DNA from: Chloroflexota bacterium
GTDB lineage: Bacteria > Chloroflexota > UBA11872 > VXNJ01
Direction of reading: 5' to 3'
Length of the DNA: 64,000 bases
Assembly (NCBI GenBank): GCA_965261345.1
Contig: OZ253449.1
Span: 2,048,001 to 2,112,000 of the forward strand
In this document: positions 20,933 through 31,453 of the stretch, piece by piece
Position numbering within the stretch: position 1 is the stretch's first letter
Layout: each line of letters begins with the position of its first letter
Notes under the pieces: model-generated
Database searches by the model: none
Seen by the model: the letters and a program-made list of their open reading frames with translations, nothing else
What the model was told of the DNA's origin: nothing
Position numbers and translations under genes: made by a program

Positions 20933-21390
20933 GCGGCACCGCGCTCGCGCACGTTGGCATCGTGGTGAGCGACCTGGACCGCATGATCGGATTTTTTGAT
21001 CGGGCGTTGGGGTTCCAATTGCAGTTTCGGTTTTCCCGGGACGGGGGGTTCGCCGGAAGGGTTGTCGGCATCAGGGACGCCCGGGTCGAGGTCGCAATTC
21101 TCGGGACCGAACAGAGTCCGCGGCAGATCGAATTGCTTTGTTATCACTCGCACCCGCTGCAATCGGACCCGCGCCGCGTAAACGCCCCGCATGCCAACCA
21201 CATCGCAATCTCCACCGCTGACGCTGCGGCCGCGGCCGAGCGCCTCCTATCCTGCGGCGCGACCCTGATTTCGCCGGTGACGGCTACGCCGGACGGCTCC
21301 AAGCGGGTCTGCTACGCGCGTGATCCCGAGGGCGGAATTGTCGAACTCATCGAAGTAATCGACCCCGACCGCGAATACCCGACCAGTTAG
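20929..21390 (+). CDS. VOC/glyoxalase family protein
   Basis: HVGIVVSDL, HIAI, DPEG..VELIE. Confidence 0.88.
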   Translation: MSGTALAHVGIVVSDLDRMIGFFDRALGFQLQFRFSRDGGFAGRVVGIRDARVEVAILGTEQSPRQIELLCYHSHPLQSDPRRVNAPHANHIAISTADAAAAAERLLSCGATLISPVTATPDGSKRVCYARDPEGGIVELIEVIDPDREYPTS

Positions 21391-21447
21391 CCGTCATCGC
21401 GATCGCGCCTTCGGCCGGAGGTACCGAACCGGACGCTCGGCATCCGA

Positions 21448-23325
21448 TCAGCGGTAGTAGAAGCGCTGTTTAGTCCGATTGGCCTCGTATTCGGCGCGGA
21501 GTTCGATGATGTCGGCGTGAGCTGAGACCTCGGGCACCGAAACGTCCCACCAGACCCCGGTGTCGGCCGCCCAGCGCGAGGGCTCAACTTCACATTCGAT
21601 CAGGACCGGCCGGCGGACTACCGAATCGGCCTGCCGCAGGGCGACCCGCAGCTCGTCGATATTGGCGGCGGCAAATCCAATTGCCCCCAGCGACTCGGCG
21701 TTCTTTACAAAGTCCAATTCCACGTAATTGCCGGTCAGGCGATTGGTTCCCTCCTCACGTTGCCGAAATTCGTTGCCGAAGGAGCGCCGCGTTGCCCCTT
21801 CCTGCAGTTTCCGGATGATCTGGAATCCGTGGTTGTTGGCAACCACGATCACGATTTTTAGGCCTTCCTTGACGGCGGTTACGATCTCGGTGTTGTTCAT
21901 CAGATAGGTGCCGTCGCCGATGAATGTGTACACGTTGGCCCCTGGATCGGCCAGCTTGGCCCCGATGGCGGCCGGCAGCTCCCAGCCCATGCAGGAAAAA
22001 CCGAACTCCACCAGCGGTTGACCAGAACCTGCGGACTGCCATTGCTGCTGCACGTCACCGGGTGGTGAACCGGCCGCCACGGTTATGAAATCGCCCGGCT
22101 CGAGATGCTCATTTAGCGCCTGGATCACCTGGGCCTGGTTCATACCTTCGCCCTCAGCGGGCGGGCGCACCTCGCGGTCCAACTGGACTTTCCATTCGCG
22201 GTTGAGGCGGATCGCCTGCTCGGTCCAGTCCGCGTCGGCCCGGTACCCGGCCGCCGCCAGCAGGAGTTGCTGCAATGCGGTGCGGGCGTCGCCCTCCACC
22301 GCCAAGCCGCCCTGCTTGAACGCGTCGTGGCCGGCCACGTTGATGTTGAGGAATGCGACGTCGGGGTTGGCGAACAATGAATTGGACCCGGTGGCAAAGT
22401 CCGAATAGCGGGTCCCGACTCCTATTACCAGGTCGGCCGCGGCGGCAATCTGGGCGGCCTGCGGAGTTCCGCAAACGCCCATGCCGCCGAGCGCCAAATC
22501 ACCAGCCAACCGGCCGGACGAAAGCCCGGCGTGGGTTTCGCCGATCGGAATGCCAAAATCTGCGGCCAGTTGCCCCAGAACGCCCTCAGCATCCGAATAA
22601 ATCGCTCCGCCGCCGGCCAGAATTACCGGTTTTCGGCATGATCGCAGCAACTTGGCTGCGGCATTGATCGCGTCGGGGTTTGGATAGGGCCGTGCGATAG
22701 TCCACGTTCGGCGGGAAAAGAATTTTTCCGGCCAATCGAAGGCCATCATCTGGACATCCTGGGGCAACGCGATCGTTACCGCCCCGGTCTCGCGGACGTC
22801 AGTTAGGACCCGCATAGCTTCAGGCAAGCTTGCCAGCAGCTGTTCGGGGCGGGAAATGCGGTCAAAAAAGCGGCTCACCGGGCGAAGGGTGTCGGCCGCC
22901 GAAGTGTCAAAGCTGACTGGGTGTTCAACCTGTTGGAGCACTGGACCCTGGAAGCGGGTGGCGTAGTTGTCGGACGCGAAAAGGAGAACCGGCAGCCGGT
23001 TGACGGTCGCGGTGGCCGCTCCCGAGACCATGTTGGTTGAGCCGGGTCCGATCGATGCGGTGCAGGCCATCGTGGCGCGGCGACGGCGCGCCTTGGCAAA
23101 TCCGGAGGCTGCATGCACCATCGCCTGCTCGTTGTGCGGCTGGAGATAGGTGAGCAGCTCGGCCTGTTCCTCAAGTCCCTGGCCCAATCCGGCCACGTTG
23201 CCGTGACCAAAGATGCCAAAGATCCCGTTGATCAGTCGTTGTTCGTGGCCGTCGAACCGGCTGTACTGGGCCGACAGATACCGCACGATCGCCTGACCGG
23301 TGGTAAGCCTAATGGTTGCTGGCAT
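21448..23325 (-). CDS. iolD: THcHDO acylhydrolase (myo-inositol catabolism)
   Basis: IFGHGNVAG, NEQAM, SIGPG.TNM, GFSCMG.E, GDGTYLM. Confidence 0.93.
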   Translation of the reverse strand: MPATIRLTTGQAIVRYLSAQYSRFDGHEQRLINGIFGIFGHGNVAGLGQGLEEQAELLTYLQPHNEQAMVHAASGFAKARRRRATMACTASIGPGSTNMVSGAATATVNRLPVLLFASDNYATRFQGPVLQQVEHPVSFDTSAADTLRPVSRFFDRISRPEQLLASLPEAMRVLTDVRETGAVTIALPQDVQMMAFDWPEKFFSRRTWTIARPYPNPDAINAAAKLLRSCRKPVILAGGGAIYSDAEGVLGQLAADFGIPIGETHAGLSSGRLAGDLALGGMGVCGTPQAAQIAAAADLVIGVGTRYSDFATGSNSLFANPDVAFLNINVAGHDAFKQGGLAVEGDARTALQQLLLAAAGYRADADWTEQAIRLNREWKVQLDREVRPPAEGEGMNQAQVIQALNEHLEPGDFITVAAGSPPGDVQQQWQSAGSGQPLVEFGFSCMGWELPAAIGAKLADPGANVYTFIGDGTYLMNNTEIVTAVKEGLKIVIVVANNHGFQIIRKLQEGATRRSFGNEFRQREEGTNRLTGNYVELDFVKNAESLGAIGFAAANIDELRVALRQADSVVRRPVLIECEVEPSRWAADTGVWWDVSVPEVSAHADIIELRAEYEANRTKQRFYYR

Positions 23326-23505
23326 GGCCGCGTGCCCCGTCTCTAAGTTGAAGGTTTAGTCGTGCGGTTACTTGCGCTGATTCTATTTTTTCACGACGAC
23401 GGGCGTCGGGTCGAGGCTGTCAGGGCAACTACTGCGCGCAAAATATAGGGCGCAAATTGAAAATCGCCGCACTTGCCGGCCCAGACGAATGAGGCGCCCA
23501 CCTTG

Positions 23506-24450
23506 ATGGATCTGTCCGGAATCGCACCGGTCATCCCCACCCCGTTTGACGAGCATTCCGGGGCTATCGACCACACCGGCCTGGACAACCTTGCCGACTT
23601 CCTGGCCGAGTCCGCGGTGAGCGCGCTGGTGGCCCTGGGAGTGGCTTCCGAAACCCGTGCCCTCAACGATTCGGAATGCGCAGCGGTGGTCGAGACGGCG
23701 GTGGCGTCGGCTAACGTGCGCAAGCCGGTTCTGGCCGGAGTCGACGGTTTCACCCAGAACGCGGTTGGCCGCGCGGTCCGCTATCGGTCCCTGGGCGCGG
23801 CCGGAATCATGCTGCGCCCGCCTCCAGGATGCCAGGGCCCCGCCCTGATCGCCCATGTGGCGGCAATCGCCAAGGCCGCCGATCTTCCGATCATGATCCA
23901 AAATGCGCCGGCCCAAACCGGTATGGACCTGCTGCCCGGGCAACTAATCCGGCTGGCCGCGGCCATCCCGTCGGTGTTCGCGGTCAAGGAGGAGTCATCG
24001 GCGGTTGCCGCGCGCACTTCGGCGCTGGCCGATGCCGGGCTGGCGGTGTTTACCGGGCTCGGCGGCGTCAATTACCCCGAGTACATCTTGCGCGGCGCGG
24101 TCGGATGCGTTCCCGGGTTGGACCTGGCGCCGGTTTGGCTGCAAATTGATCAGTTCCTGCGCGATGAGCAGATTGAGCTGGGCCTGGCCGAATACGAAAA
24201 AATTGCGCCACTGATCATGTTCCAGTTCCAGTCGCTCGACGGCTTTCTTTTCTGCCAAAAACGCTATTTTCAGCGATTGGGAGTGATCGCCTCCGCGCGG
24301 TTGCGGCCGCCGGCCGGCGAGGCCGACGAGATCTCCCTGCAGATGTGCGATCGCCTCTTTGCGAGGCTCGCCCATCGCGGAGTTCGAGGGTTTGACCCCG
24401 AAATATTTGGCAATTCGGCGCCGCACGGGGGCCAGGTCGGTGGTCGATAA
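23506..24450 (+). CDS. Dihydrodipicolinate synthase family lyase
   Basis: PTPF, LGVASE, VKEES lysine. Confidence 0.85.
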   Translation: MDLSGIAPVIPTPFDEHSGAIDHTGLDNLADFLAESAVSALVALGVASETRALNDSECAAVVETAVASANVRKPVLAGVDGFTQNAVGRAVRYRSLGAAGIMLRPPPGCQGPALIAHVAAIAKAADLPIMIQNAPAQTGMDLLPGQLIRLAAAIPSVFAVKEESSAVAARTSALADAGLAVFTGLGGVNYPEYILRGAVGCVPGLDLAPVWLQIDQFLRDEQIELGLAEYEKIAPLIMFQFQSLDGFLFCQKRYFQRLGVIASARLRPPAGEADEISLQMCDRLFARLAHRGVRGFDPEIFGNSAPHGGQVGGR

Positions 24451-25600
24451 CCCACCCACGGTCGGGTTGGCGGCCGCAGCCGCCGCCGGCGAACGGCGCG
24501 TGGCCCTTGTGCCCGGCGACCTGGCCCTGGTACAGGACGCCGGATACCGGATCGTGGTCGAAGCTGGCTCCGGCGATCGATCCGGGATTGCCGACGGCGA
24601 TTATGCTGCCCAGGGCGCCGAATTGGTCAGGGATCGCTCACAGCTGTTAGCGGTTGCCGACATAGTGACCATCGCCCCACGTCCGGATGATTGCGATTTG
24701 GCGATGCTCAAGCCGGGCGCCACCGTGATCGGCCTGTTGGACCCGATCGCCCGGGCCGGCCGCATCGCCGAGCTGGCAAGCGCTGGGATACGGGCCTTTG
24801 CGTTCGAGCTGATCCCGCGCATCGCGCGCGCACAGTCAATGGACGTGCTCTCGGCGATGGCCACGCTCGCTGGTTACAAGGCAGTCCTGTTGGCCGCGGA
24901 CCGGCTCCCGCAAATTTTTCCGCTGCTAATGACCGCGGCGGGAACCCTGCGTCCGGCCCGGGTGGTGATCCTGGGGGTGGGCGTCGCTGGCCTGCAGGCG
25001 ATCGCCACCGCGCGCCGGCTCGGGGCCCAGGTGTTTGCCTACGACGTTCGCGACGTGGTTCGCGAGCAGGTCGAGAGCCTGGGGGCACGATTTATCGAGC
25101 TGGACCTTGAGACCGAAAACTTGGAGACTGCGGGAGGCTATGCGCGCGATCAATCGGCCGATTTCCTCCTCCGGCAGCAGCGCCAGCTTGGGGTGCTCCT
25201 ATCCCGGGCCGACGTAGTAATCACCACCGCCCTGGTGGCGGGTGCACGAGCGCCGATTCTGGTTACAAACGAAATGCTCGCGATGATGCGCCCCGGCTCG
25301 GTGCTGGTGGACTTGGCGGCGGCCAAGGGCGGTAATTGCGAGGCCAGCCAGCCAAATCAGACCGTCGATTTTGAAGGCGTTCAGGTTATCGGTCTATGCG
25401 ATGCCGAATCGCAACTTGCGGTGCACGCCTCGCAAATGTACTCGCGCAACCTGGCCCGCTTTCTGAGCCTGCTGGCTGAAAACGGCTTCGACCCCCGGGC
25501 CGACGCAATTCTTGCCGGGTCACTGGTTGCTGACGGCGGTGTGGTAGTGAGCCCGCCGGTGCTGGCCCAACTCGAACCCGCAATCACGGGGAGCGCTTAA
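24440..25600 (+). CDS. pntAA: NAD(P) transhydrogenase subunit alpha 1
   Basis: ERRVAL, RAQSMDVLS, GVGVAGLQAI, GGNC; start inferred. Confidence 0.93.
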   Translation: MVDNPPTVGLAAAAAAGERRVALVPGDLALVQDAGYRIVVEAGSGDRSGIADGDYAAQGAELVRDRSQLLAVADIVTIAPRPDDCDLAMLKPGATVIGLLDPIARAGRIAELASAGIRAFAFELIPRIARAQSMDVLSAMATLAGYKAVLLAADRLPQIFPLLMTAAGTLRPARVVILGVGVAGLQAIATARRLGAQVFAYDVRDVVREQVESLGARFIELDLETENLETAGGYARDQSADFLLRQQRQLGVLLSRADVVITTALVAGARAPILVTNEMLAMMRPGSVLVDLAAAKGGNCEASQPNQTVDFEGVQVIGLCDAESQLAVHASQMYSRNLARFLSLLAENGFDPRADAILAGSLVADGGVVVSPPVLAQLEPAITGSA

Positions 25601-25604
25601 ATCG

Positions 25605-25886
25605 ATGGATGAATTGCTGATCTTGCTTACCGTGTTTGTGCTCGCGGTCCTCCTGGGACTGGAGTTGATCACCAAGGTGCCGCCCACTCTGCACACGCCT
25701 CTGATGTCGGGCGCCAACGCGATTTCGGGCATAACTATCGTCGGCGCGCTAATTGCAGCAGGAGCCGCGACCGGAGTCTGGCCGACCGTCCTCGGGACCG
25801 TGGCGGTCGCCCTGGCGACGGTGAACGTGGTGGGTGGGTTCTTGGTCACCGGTCGCATGCTGTCAAAATTTCGCAGGCGTCCTTGA
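25605..25886 (+). CDS. pntAB: NAD(P) transhydrogenase subunit alpha 2
   Basis: VPPTLHTPLMSGANAISG. Confidence 0.95.
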   Translation: MDELLILLTVFVLAVLLGLELITKVPPTLHTPLMSGANAISGITIVGALIAAGAATGVWPTVLGTVAVALATVNVVGGFLVTGRMLSKFRRRP

Positions 25887-27274
25887 CTCCCGACTGGTTG
25901 ATCGGGCTGGCCTATCTAGCGGCCGCCGTATTGCTGATCATCGGGCTGAAAAACCTGGCTTCGCCGCGGACCGCGGTCCGCGGAAACCAGTTGGCGGCCG
26001 GCGGTATGTTGCTGGCGGTCCTGGCGACCTTGACTTCCGCCGAAATTGTCGATTACCGTTGGATCGCCGTCGGCCTGGGAGTGGGCGCGGCGATCGGCGT
26101 CGGACTGGCGCTGTTCGTGCAATTTACGGCAATGCCCCAGCTGGTGGCGGCGTTCAACGGGTTCGGCGGAGCAGCGTCTGCCCTGGTCGCGATCGCGGCC
26201 GCAATTGTGGCCGCCGACCAGATCGCGGCGCTGGGCGAGCAGGCATCAATCTCGGTGGCTGTCGGGACGCTGATCGGCGTTACAACCTTCACCGGCTCGA
26301 TTGTCGCCTTCGCCAAGCTGCAAGGGTTGTTTTCCTGGCGCCCGCGCATTAACTGGTTCCATCGCGCCAGTGTGTCCGTCCAGTTCGCGGCGGCGCTGGC
26401 CTTCAGCGCGGTTTTCGTCTATGAGCCCGGGTGGATCTGGGCGCTGCTGGCGCTGGCGGCGGCGGCGGCGATCTTGGGACTGGCGATAACCCTGCCAATT
26501 GGGGGCGCCGACATGCCGGTGATCATCTCGCTGCTCAATTCCTTTTCGGGTCTGGCGGCGGCGGCCACCGGTTTCGCCCTCGGTAACGAAATCCTCATCA
26601 TCGCCGGTTCGCTGGTAGGAGTGGCGGGCCTGCTGCTCACCTTGATCATGGGCCGAGCCATGAATCGGTCGCTGCTAGATGTCGTGCTGCGCAATTTTGG
26701 TCCCGGCGCCGCCCGGACCGACGGAGCGGACATATACCAAGGTCGGGTGACCGCGACTTCGCCGGAAGAGGCCGCGATGCTGCTTGAGACCGCCGCGCGG
26801 GTGGTGATCGCCCCCGGATATGGCATGGCCGTCGCCCAGGCCCAGCACGCGATAAGGGACCTGGCCAATCATCTCAAGGCGGCCGGGGTTCAGGTTCGCT
26901 ACGGGATCCACCCGGTCGCCGGCCGCATGCCTGGACACATGAACGTCCTCTTGGCCGAGGCCGATGTGCCCTATGAGGAGCTGCTGGAACTCGACCAGGT
27001 CAACCCGCAGATGCCGCAGACCGATGTGGTCATCGTCATCGGGGCCAATGACGTCGTCAATCCGGCCGCGGAATCTGACCCGAACAGCCCGATTTTTGGC
27101 ATGCCGGTGTTGGATGTGATCCGCGCCCGCACGGTCGTTGTTATCAAGCGGTCGCTTTCTCCGGGTTTTGCCGGCATTCCCAACGAGCTCTTTGTGGCCG
27201 AGAACACGGTCATGCTCTTTGGTGACGGGCGCGCGATGGTCGAGCAATTGCTCAAAGCGCTGCAAGACGGCTAA
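25883..27274 (+). CDS. pntB: NAD(P) transhydrogenase subunit beta
   Basis: IGGADMPV, PGYGMAVAQAQH, HPVAGRMPGHMNVLL. Confidence 0.96.
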   Translation: MTPDWLIGLAYLAAAVLLIIGLKNLASPRTAVRGNQLAAGGMLLAVLATLTSAEIVDYRWIAVGLGVGAAIGVGLALFVQFTAMPQLVAAFNGFGGAASALVAIAAAIVAADQIAALGEQASISVAVGTLIGVTTFTGSIVAFAKLQGLFSWRPRINWFHRASVSVQFAAALAFSAVFVYEPGWIWALLALAAAAAILGLAITLPIGGADMPVIISLLNSFSGLAAAATGFALGNEILIIAGSLVGVAGLLLTLIMGRAMNRSLLDVVLRNFGPGAARTDGADIYQGRVTATSPEEAAMLLETAARVVIAPGYGMAVAQAQHAIRDLANHLKAAGVQVRYGIHPVAGRMPGHMNVLLAEADVPYEELLELDQVNPQMPQTDVVIVIGANDVVNPAAESDPNSPIFGMPVLDVIRARTVVVIKRSLSPGFAGIPNELFVAENTVMLFGDGRAMVEQLLKALQDG

Positions 27275-27278
27275 TTTG

Positions 27279-28424
27279 ATGCGGTTGTCAACCCAGCAGT
27301 TGCGACGTATTTTTTACGGGCTCGGGATCCTCGCCCTACTCGTATACCTAGGCGGGTTCGCCCTTGACTTGGGCCGCCAACTGGGCGCCGTCATCCTGAT
27401 CTTTTTGTTTGCCGGGATGCTCAACCTGGCTCTACTCCGGGTAGTTAGGGGCCTGCGGCGAATAACGATTCGATCGCACCGAATACCCTATTCGGCATCG
27501 GTCCTGCTAGTCGCCTTCCTGGCGTTCTCGGTTATCGCGGCGGTTGCAACCCTGCTGGTGCCGCTGATGGTGAGCGATTTGCGCGGGATCATTGGGCGGT
27601 TGGGTGAGTACAGCGACGAGTTCAACCGCCTGGCCGACTGGATTATCGAGTTGCTCGGGTCGCTGGGGCTATCCGTGACCAGCGTGGACCAGGTCATGGC
27701 CGAATACGCCAGCACCCTGCAGGGAGTTGCCGGGCAAGCCGCCACCGAGATCCTGGCCGGATTGACGTCGGTCGCGTCCGGGATAGTAAATATGGTGCTG
27801 GTGCTAGTCGTTACCGTCTACCTAATGCTCAATTGGGATCCGGGCCGCGAAAAACTCCAGGAGCTGTTGCCGGCGCGAATTTCCGGGTATCTGTCCTTTG
27901 CGGGCCGAACGATTTCGGGCGCCTTCGGCGCCTATATGCTCGGCGTTGCGGTTGAAGTTGTCCTGTTTGGCATTTCAGTTGCGGCGGTCCTGGCAATAGC
28001 CGGGGTCGACTACATCGTTTTTGCCGCGGTGGTTTCAGGCCTGCTGCTGGTGATTCCGATCGTCGGAGCGGTCGTGGCATTGGCCCTGCCAGTCCTGATC
28101 GCCCTGCTTGATTCGGTAACCGTGGCCATCTTCTGGGTCGGCATTCCGCTACTGGTAATTCAGATGATCCTGGAAAACTTTGTTCGTCCCAACCTGGTGG
28201 GTCGGGTGGCCGGAGTCAACCCGCTGGTGCTGATAACTTCGGTGCTGGTGGGCGCCGCGCTGCTCGGGTTTTGGGGGATCATATTTGGAATCCCGGCCGG
28301 CGTATTGATCTCACTTACCGTCAAGATAATTTTTTCGCGCTGGGTCGGCCTGGATTCGACCCAGCGCGACCAACCGCCGACCGAAGTGGACGCCCCCCAG
28401 GTCGATCAATCCGGCGGGCCCTGA
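27279..28424 (+). CDS. AI-2E family transporter
   Basis: IPIVG, ENFVRP, GFWGIIFGIP; multi-TM. Confidence 0.85.
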   Translation: MRLSTQQLRRIFYGLGILALLVYLGGFALDLGRQLGAVILIFLFAGMLNLALLRVVRGLRRITIRSHRIPYSASVLLVAFLAFSVIAAVATLLVPLMVSDLRGIIGRLGEYSDEFNRLADWIIELLGSLGLSVTSVDQVMAEYASTLQGVAGQAATEILAGLTSVASGIVNMVLVLVVTVYLMLNWDPGREKLQELLPARISGYLSFAGRTISGAFGAYMLGVAVEVVLFGISVAAVLAIAGVDYIVFAAVVSGLLLVIPIVGAVVALALPVLIALLDSVTVAIFWVGIPLLVIQMILENFVRPNLVGRVAGVNPLVLITSVLVGAALLGFWGIIFGIPAGVLISLTVKIIFSRWVGLDSTQRDQPPTEVDAPQVDQSGGP

Positions 28425-28459
28425 GCGACCGCCCCGACTACCGGCCAGGGCGCGGCCAT

Positions 28460-29842
28460 CTAACGGGTTGAGCCGCCGTCCCCTGGATGCGTCTGGCGCG
28501 CGAGCGCGGCCCGCAGGCGATCGGCCACCGCGGGGAACTCGCTTACCTGGTTACGCAGTTCGTTCGGATCGGAATTGCGATCGAACAGCAATTCCTCGCC
28601 GGCAACGTGGTCGGTAACGAATTTGTAGCGGCCGTCGAATACCACGTCGAAGTGGATTGCGCGGGTCTCTGATAAATGGTGGGCGTGGGACCGATTACCG
28701 CCGCGTTGGTTGAGTCCGGAGTAGACATAATCGTGGGTGCCACGAGCCCGGCCTTCCAACACCGGCCGTAGCGAAACGCCGTCCGCGTTGGCTAACGGCT
28801 CGGCACCGGCAAAGTCAAGAAACGTCGGCCCCAGGTCATTGATCTGCACCAGGGCGTCGGAGACGGCGCCGGCTTCCACCCCGGGCCCGGCGATTACCAG
28901 CGGCACTCGGACGGCGCCGTCGTAATAGTGCGATTTTTCCCAATTGTTGTGGTCGCCGAGCTGTTCGCCGTGGTCGGAAGCAAATATCACCAGCGTGTTT
29001 TCCAATTCCCCGCGGCGCTCAATCTCCTCCAACATGGCACCGGTGTGGCGGTCGATGTTTTCAAGCATCGCCGTATAGTTCTGCCGGATCCGATGGTGGT
29101 CCTCGGGCCCGTACTCGTCACTGTCGACCGGCGGCGGGAAGGTTCGGCCCTGGACGGAGTCCCACATCGATTTGGTCACGTCATTGGGCTCGTGCGGGCC
29201 AGTGTAATTTATCTGCATGAACCAGGGCTGCCCGGTGGGAACCTGGGCCAACACATCCAAGCAGTTCTGGGCGATCCAGTTGTCCGAGTAGAGCTCTTCG
29301 GGCAGCGGCGTTGGGTGGGTATCGAGGAAATGATGTCGCCCGGTGATATCGGAGGCGTGAGCCTCGGCCCAGCCCGCCTCATGCAGCCTGGCCATGTAAG
29401 GACCGGCCGGTTTTTCGACTCCGGTAATTGCGCCAGCGTGTTTGCCCTCGCTATCGATTCCGCGGGTAAAACCCCATCGGGAGAGCCAGCTGGACCCGTC
29501 CAGGTGCCATTCCTCGGTACCTTTGTGCAGATCGACTTTGCCGACGGCGCAAACCTCGTATCCGCTATCGCGCAGATTTGCGTAAAAAAATTGCCCATCC
29601 AGCGGCGTGTCGTCGGTGTTGTCCCTTACGCCCGCACGCCAGACATTGAGCCCCTGGGCCAGACAGGCCCGCGAGGGGGCGCAGAGCGGCGAGCTGCAGA
29701 AAACGTTTTCAAACCGGGTGCCGCGTTCGGCCAGGTTGGCCAGATTCGGCGCCCGCAGATCCAATTGGCGGTTCCAAGGAACCCAGTCCCAGCGGACCTG
29801 GTCGGGAAAAATAAAGAGGATGTTGGGGGGATTGGCAGTCAA
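28460..29842 (-). CDS. Cys-type sulfatase family hydrolase
   Basis: CAPSR, GKVDLHK, SDHGE. Confidence 0.9.
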   Translation of the reverse strand: MTANPPNILFIFPDQVRWDWVPWNRQLDLRAPNLANLAERGTRFENVFCSSPLCAPSRACLAQGLNVWRAGVRDNTDDTPLDGQFFYANLRDSGYEVCAVGKVDLHKGTEEWHLDGSSWLSRWGFTRGIDSEGKHAGAITGVEKPAGPYMARLHEAGWAEAHASDITGRHHFLDTHPTPLPEELYSDNWIAQNCLDVLAQVPTGQPWFMQINYTGPHEPNDVTKSMWDSVQGRTFPPPVDSDEYGPEDHHRIRQNYTAMLENIDRHTGAMLEEIERRGELENTLVIFASDHGEQLGDHNNWEKSHYYDGAVRVPLVIAGPGVEAGAVSDALVQINDLGPTFLDFAGAEPLANADGVSLRPVLEGRARGTHDYVYSGLNQRGGNRSHAHHLSETRAIHFDVVFDGRYKFVTDHVAGEELLFDRNSDPNELRNQVSEFPAVADRLRAALARQTHPGDGGSTR

Positions 29843-29893
29843 TTGCGTATGCCCATTCAGGTTGAGGTTGGAAAGGAGTTGGAGTGGCGGCGG

Positions 29894-31288
29894 CTATTTG
29901 CCGACACGTGCGTTTTCGACGTCGATCTGCGAGAGCAGGGACGCCAGTTGTCCAGGATTGGATGCAGCCAGGTCATTTTCCTCGCCCGGATCCTTATCCA
30001 GGTCGAAGAGCTGCGGTTCCAGGCCTAGGCCGGTTTGGCGAATCGCCTTGTAGCGCCCATCAAAAGCGCAGTCCCACTCGTAGCGCTCGGTGGGCACTCC
30101 GGTAATTGAGGAGGACCCGGGGTTGCTGTTGCGCAGGCTGGAAAACACTACCTCGTGATGGCTGCGGGCGGGGTCCTCCAGCACTGGCCGGATTGAACGG
30201 GAGTCCATTTCGGGCAATACCGGGGCGTCGGCGTAGTCGATGAAGGTGGCCGCCAGATCGGTCAGCTGCACCAGCGCTGAGCTCTGCTCGCCGACGGCGA
30301 TGCCGGGTCCGGCCGCCACCAGCGGAACGCCTATGGCCGATTGCCACGGTCTCGACTTTTGCCATTCGTTGTGATCGCCGAGCATCTCGCCGTGGTCGGA
30401 CGTGTAGATAACTACCGTGTTGTCCAGTTCGCCGCGACGGGCGACGGCGGCCAGGATTTCGCCGATACGAGCATCAATGCTCTCAAGCATCGCCGAGTAA
30501 TTCTGTCGGGCACGGTTGTGGAAATCGGCATCGTGCTGGCTAGAGGCCACCGGACCGGGGAATTTCAGACCCTGGCAGGCCTGCCACATCGAATCGGTAA
30601 TGTCCTGCGGTTCGTGCGGACCGGTGAAATTTACCTGCATGAACCAGGGTTTTTGCTGCGGCAAGCCCCGCAGGATGTCAATCGTATTGCGACCGATCCA
30701 GTTGTCGCAATAGGCATAGTCGGGAAGATCGGTCGGAAAGGTTTGACCATACCCATGCCCGTCGGTGTAGTCGCGGCCGCGGCGTTCAAAGTCGTCGGAA
30801 TAGGCTTGGGCCAGCTCATTCTCCTCGAGGAATTTGAAGTACGGCCCCTGTGCACCGTGCGCACGATAGGTCCTTACTCCATCCCATTTGCCTTCGTTGT
30901 CGATTCCCTGGGTAAATCCCCAGTCAGGTAGCAGTCGCGATCCATCCAACCCCCAGCCCGGCGTGTTCTTGTGCAGGTCGAACTTGCCGGTCGCGCAGAC
31001 CTCGTAGCCGGACGAACGCAACTGCTGGTAAAAGGTAGGCAGACTCAACGGATAGTCCTGGTAGTTATCAATTACCCCGCACGAACCATAGGATCGCCCG
31101 GATGCCAGGCCGGCACGCGACGGCGCGCACAGCGGGCAATTTACGATTCCCTGGTCAAACCTGAGGCCGCGCCGTGCCAGACCCGCCACGTTTGGCATTC
31201 GAACCGGCACCGCTTGGTTCCAGGGGGAAAAATCCCAGCGGTGCTGGTCAGGGATCAGCAGCAGGAGGTTGGGACGTAAATCGGGCAT
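29894..31288 (-). CDS. Cys-type sulfatase family hydrolase (paralogue of neighbour)
   Basis: CAPSR, GKFDLHK, SDHGE. Confidence 0.9.
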   Translation of the reverse strand: MPDLRPNLLLLIPDQHRWDFSPWNQAVPVRMPNVAGLARRGLRFDQGIVNCPLCAPSRAGLASGRSYGSCGVIDNYQDYPLSLPTFYQQLRSSGYEVCATGKFDLHKNTPGWGLDGSRLLPDWGFTQGIDNEGKWDGVRTYRAHGAQGPYFKFLEENELAQAYSDDFERRGRDYTDGHGYGQTFPTDLPDYAYCDNWIGRNTIDILRGLPQQKPWFMQVNFTGPHEPQDITDSMWQACQGLKFPGPVASSQHDADFHNRARQNYSAMLESIDARIGEILAAVARRGELDNTVVIYTSDHGEMLGDHNEWQKSRPWQSAIGVPLVAAGPGIAVGEQSSALVQLTDLAATFIDYADAPVLPEMDSRSIRPVLEDPARSHHEVVFSSLRNSNPGSSSITGVPTERYEWDCAFDGRYKAIRQTGLGLEPQLFDLDKDPGEENDLAASNPGQLASLLSQIDVENARVGK

Positions 31289-31453
31289 GCGGTGGTTCCA
31301 TGATCGAAATTGGAGGTCGCCGACGGCCGCAAAAAGGTTCGGCGCCGCCTAATATTTTGGTTGAAAAATTTTTGAACTATCAAGGCGGCGGCCCGATTGC
31401 CTGTAAAATCGCCGAGCAACAATCCGCGAATTTGACGCGGCCCGAGTTAATCA

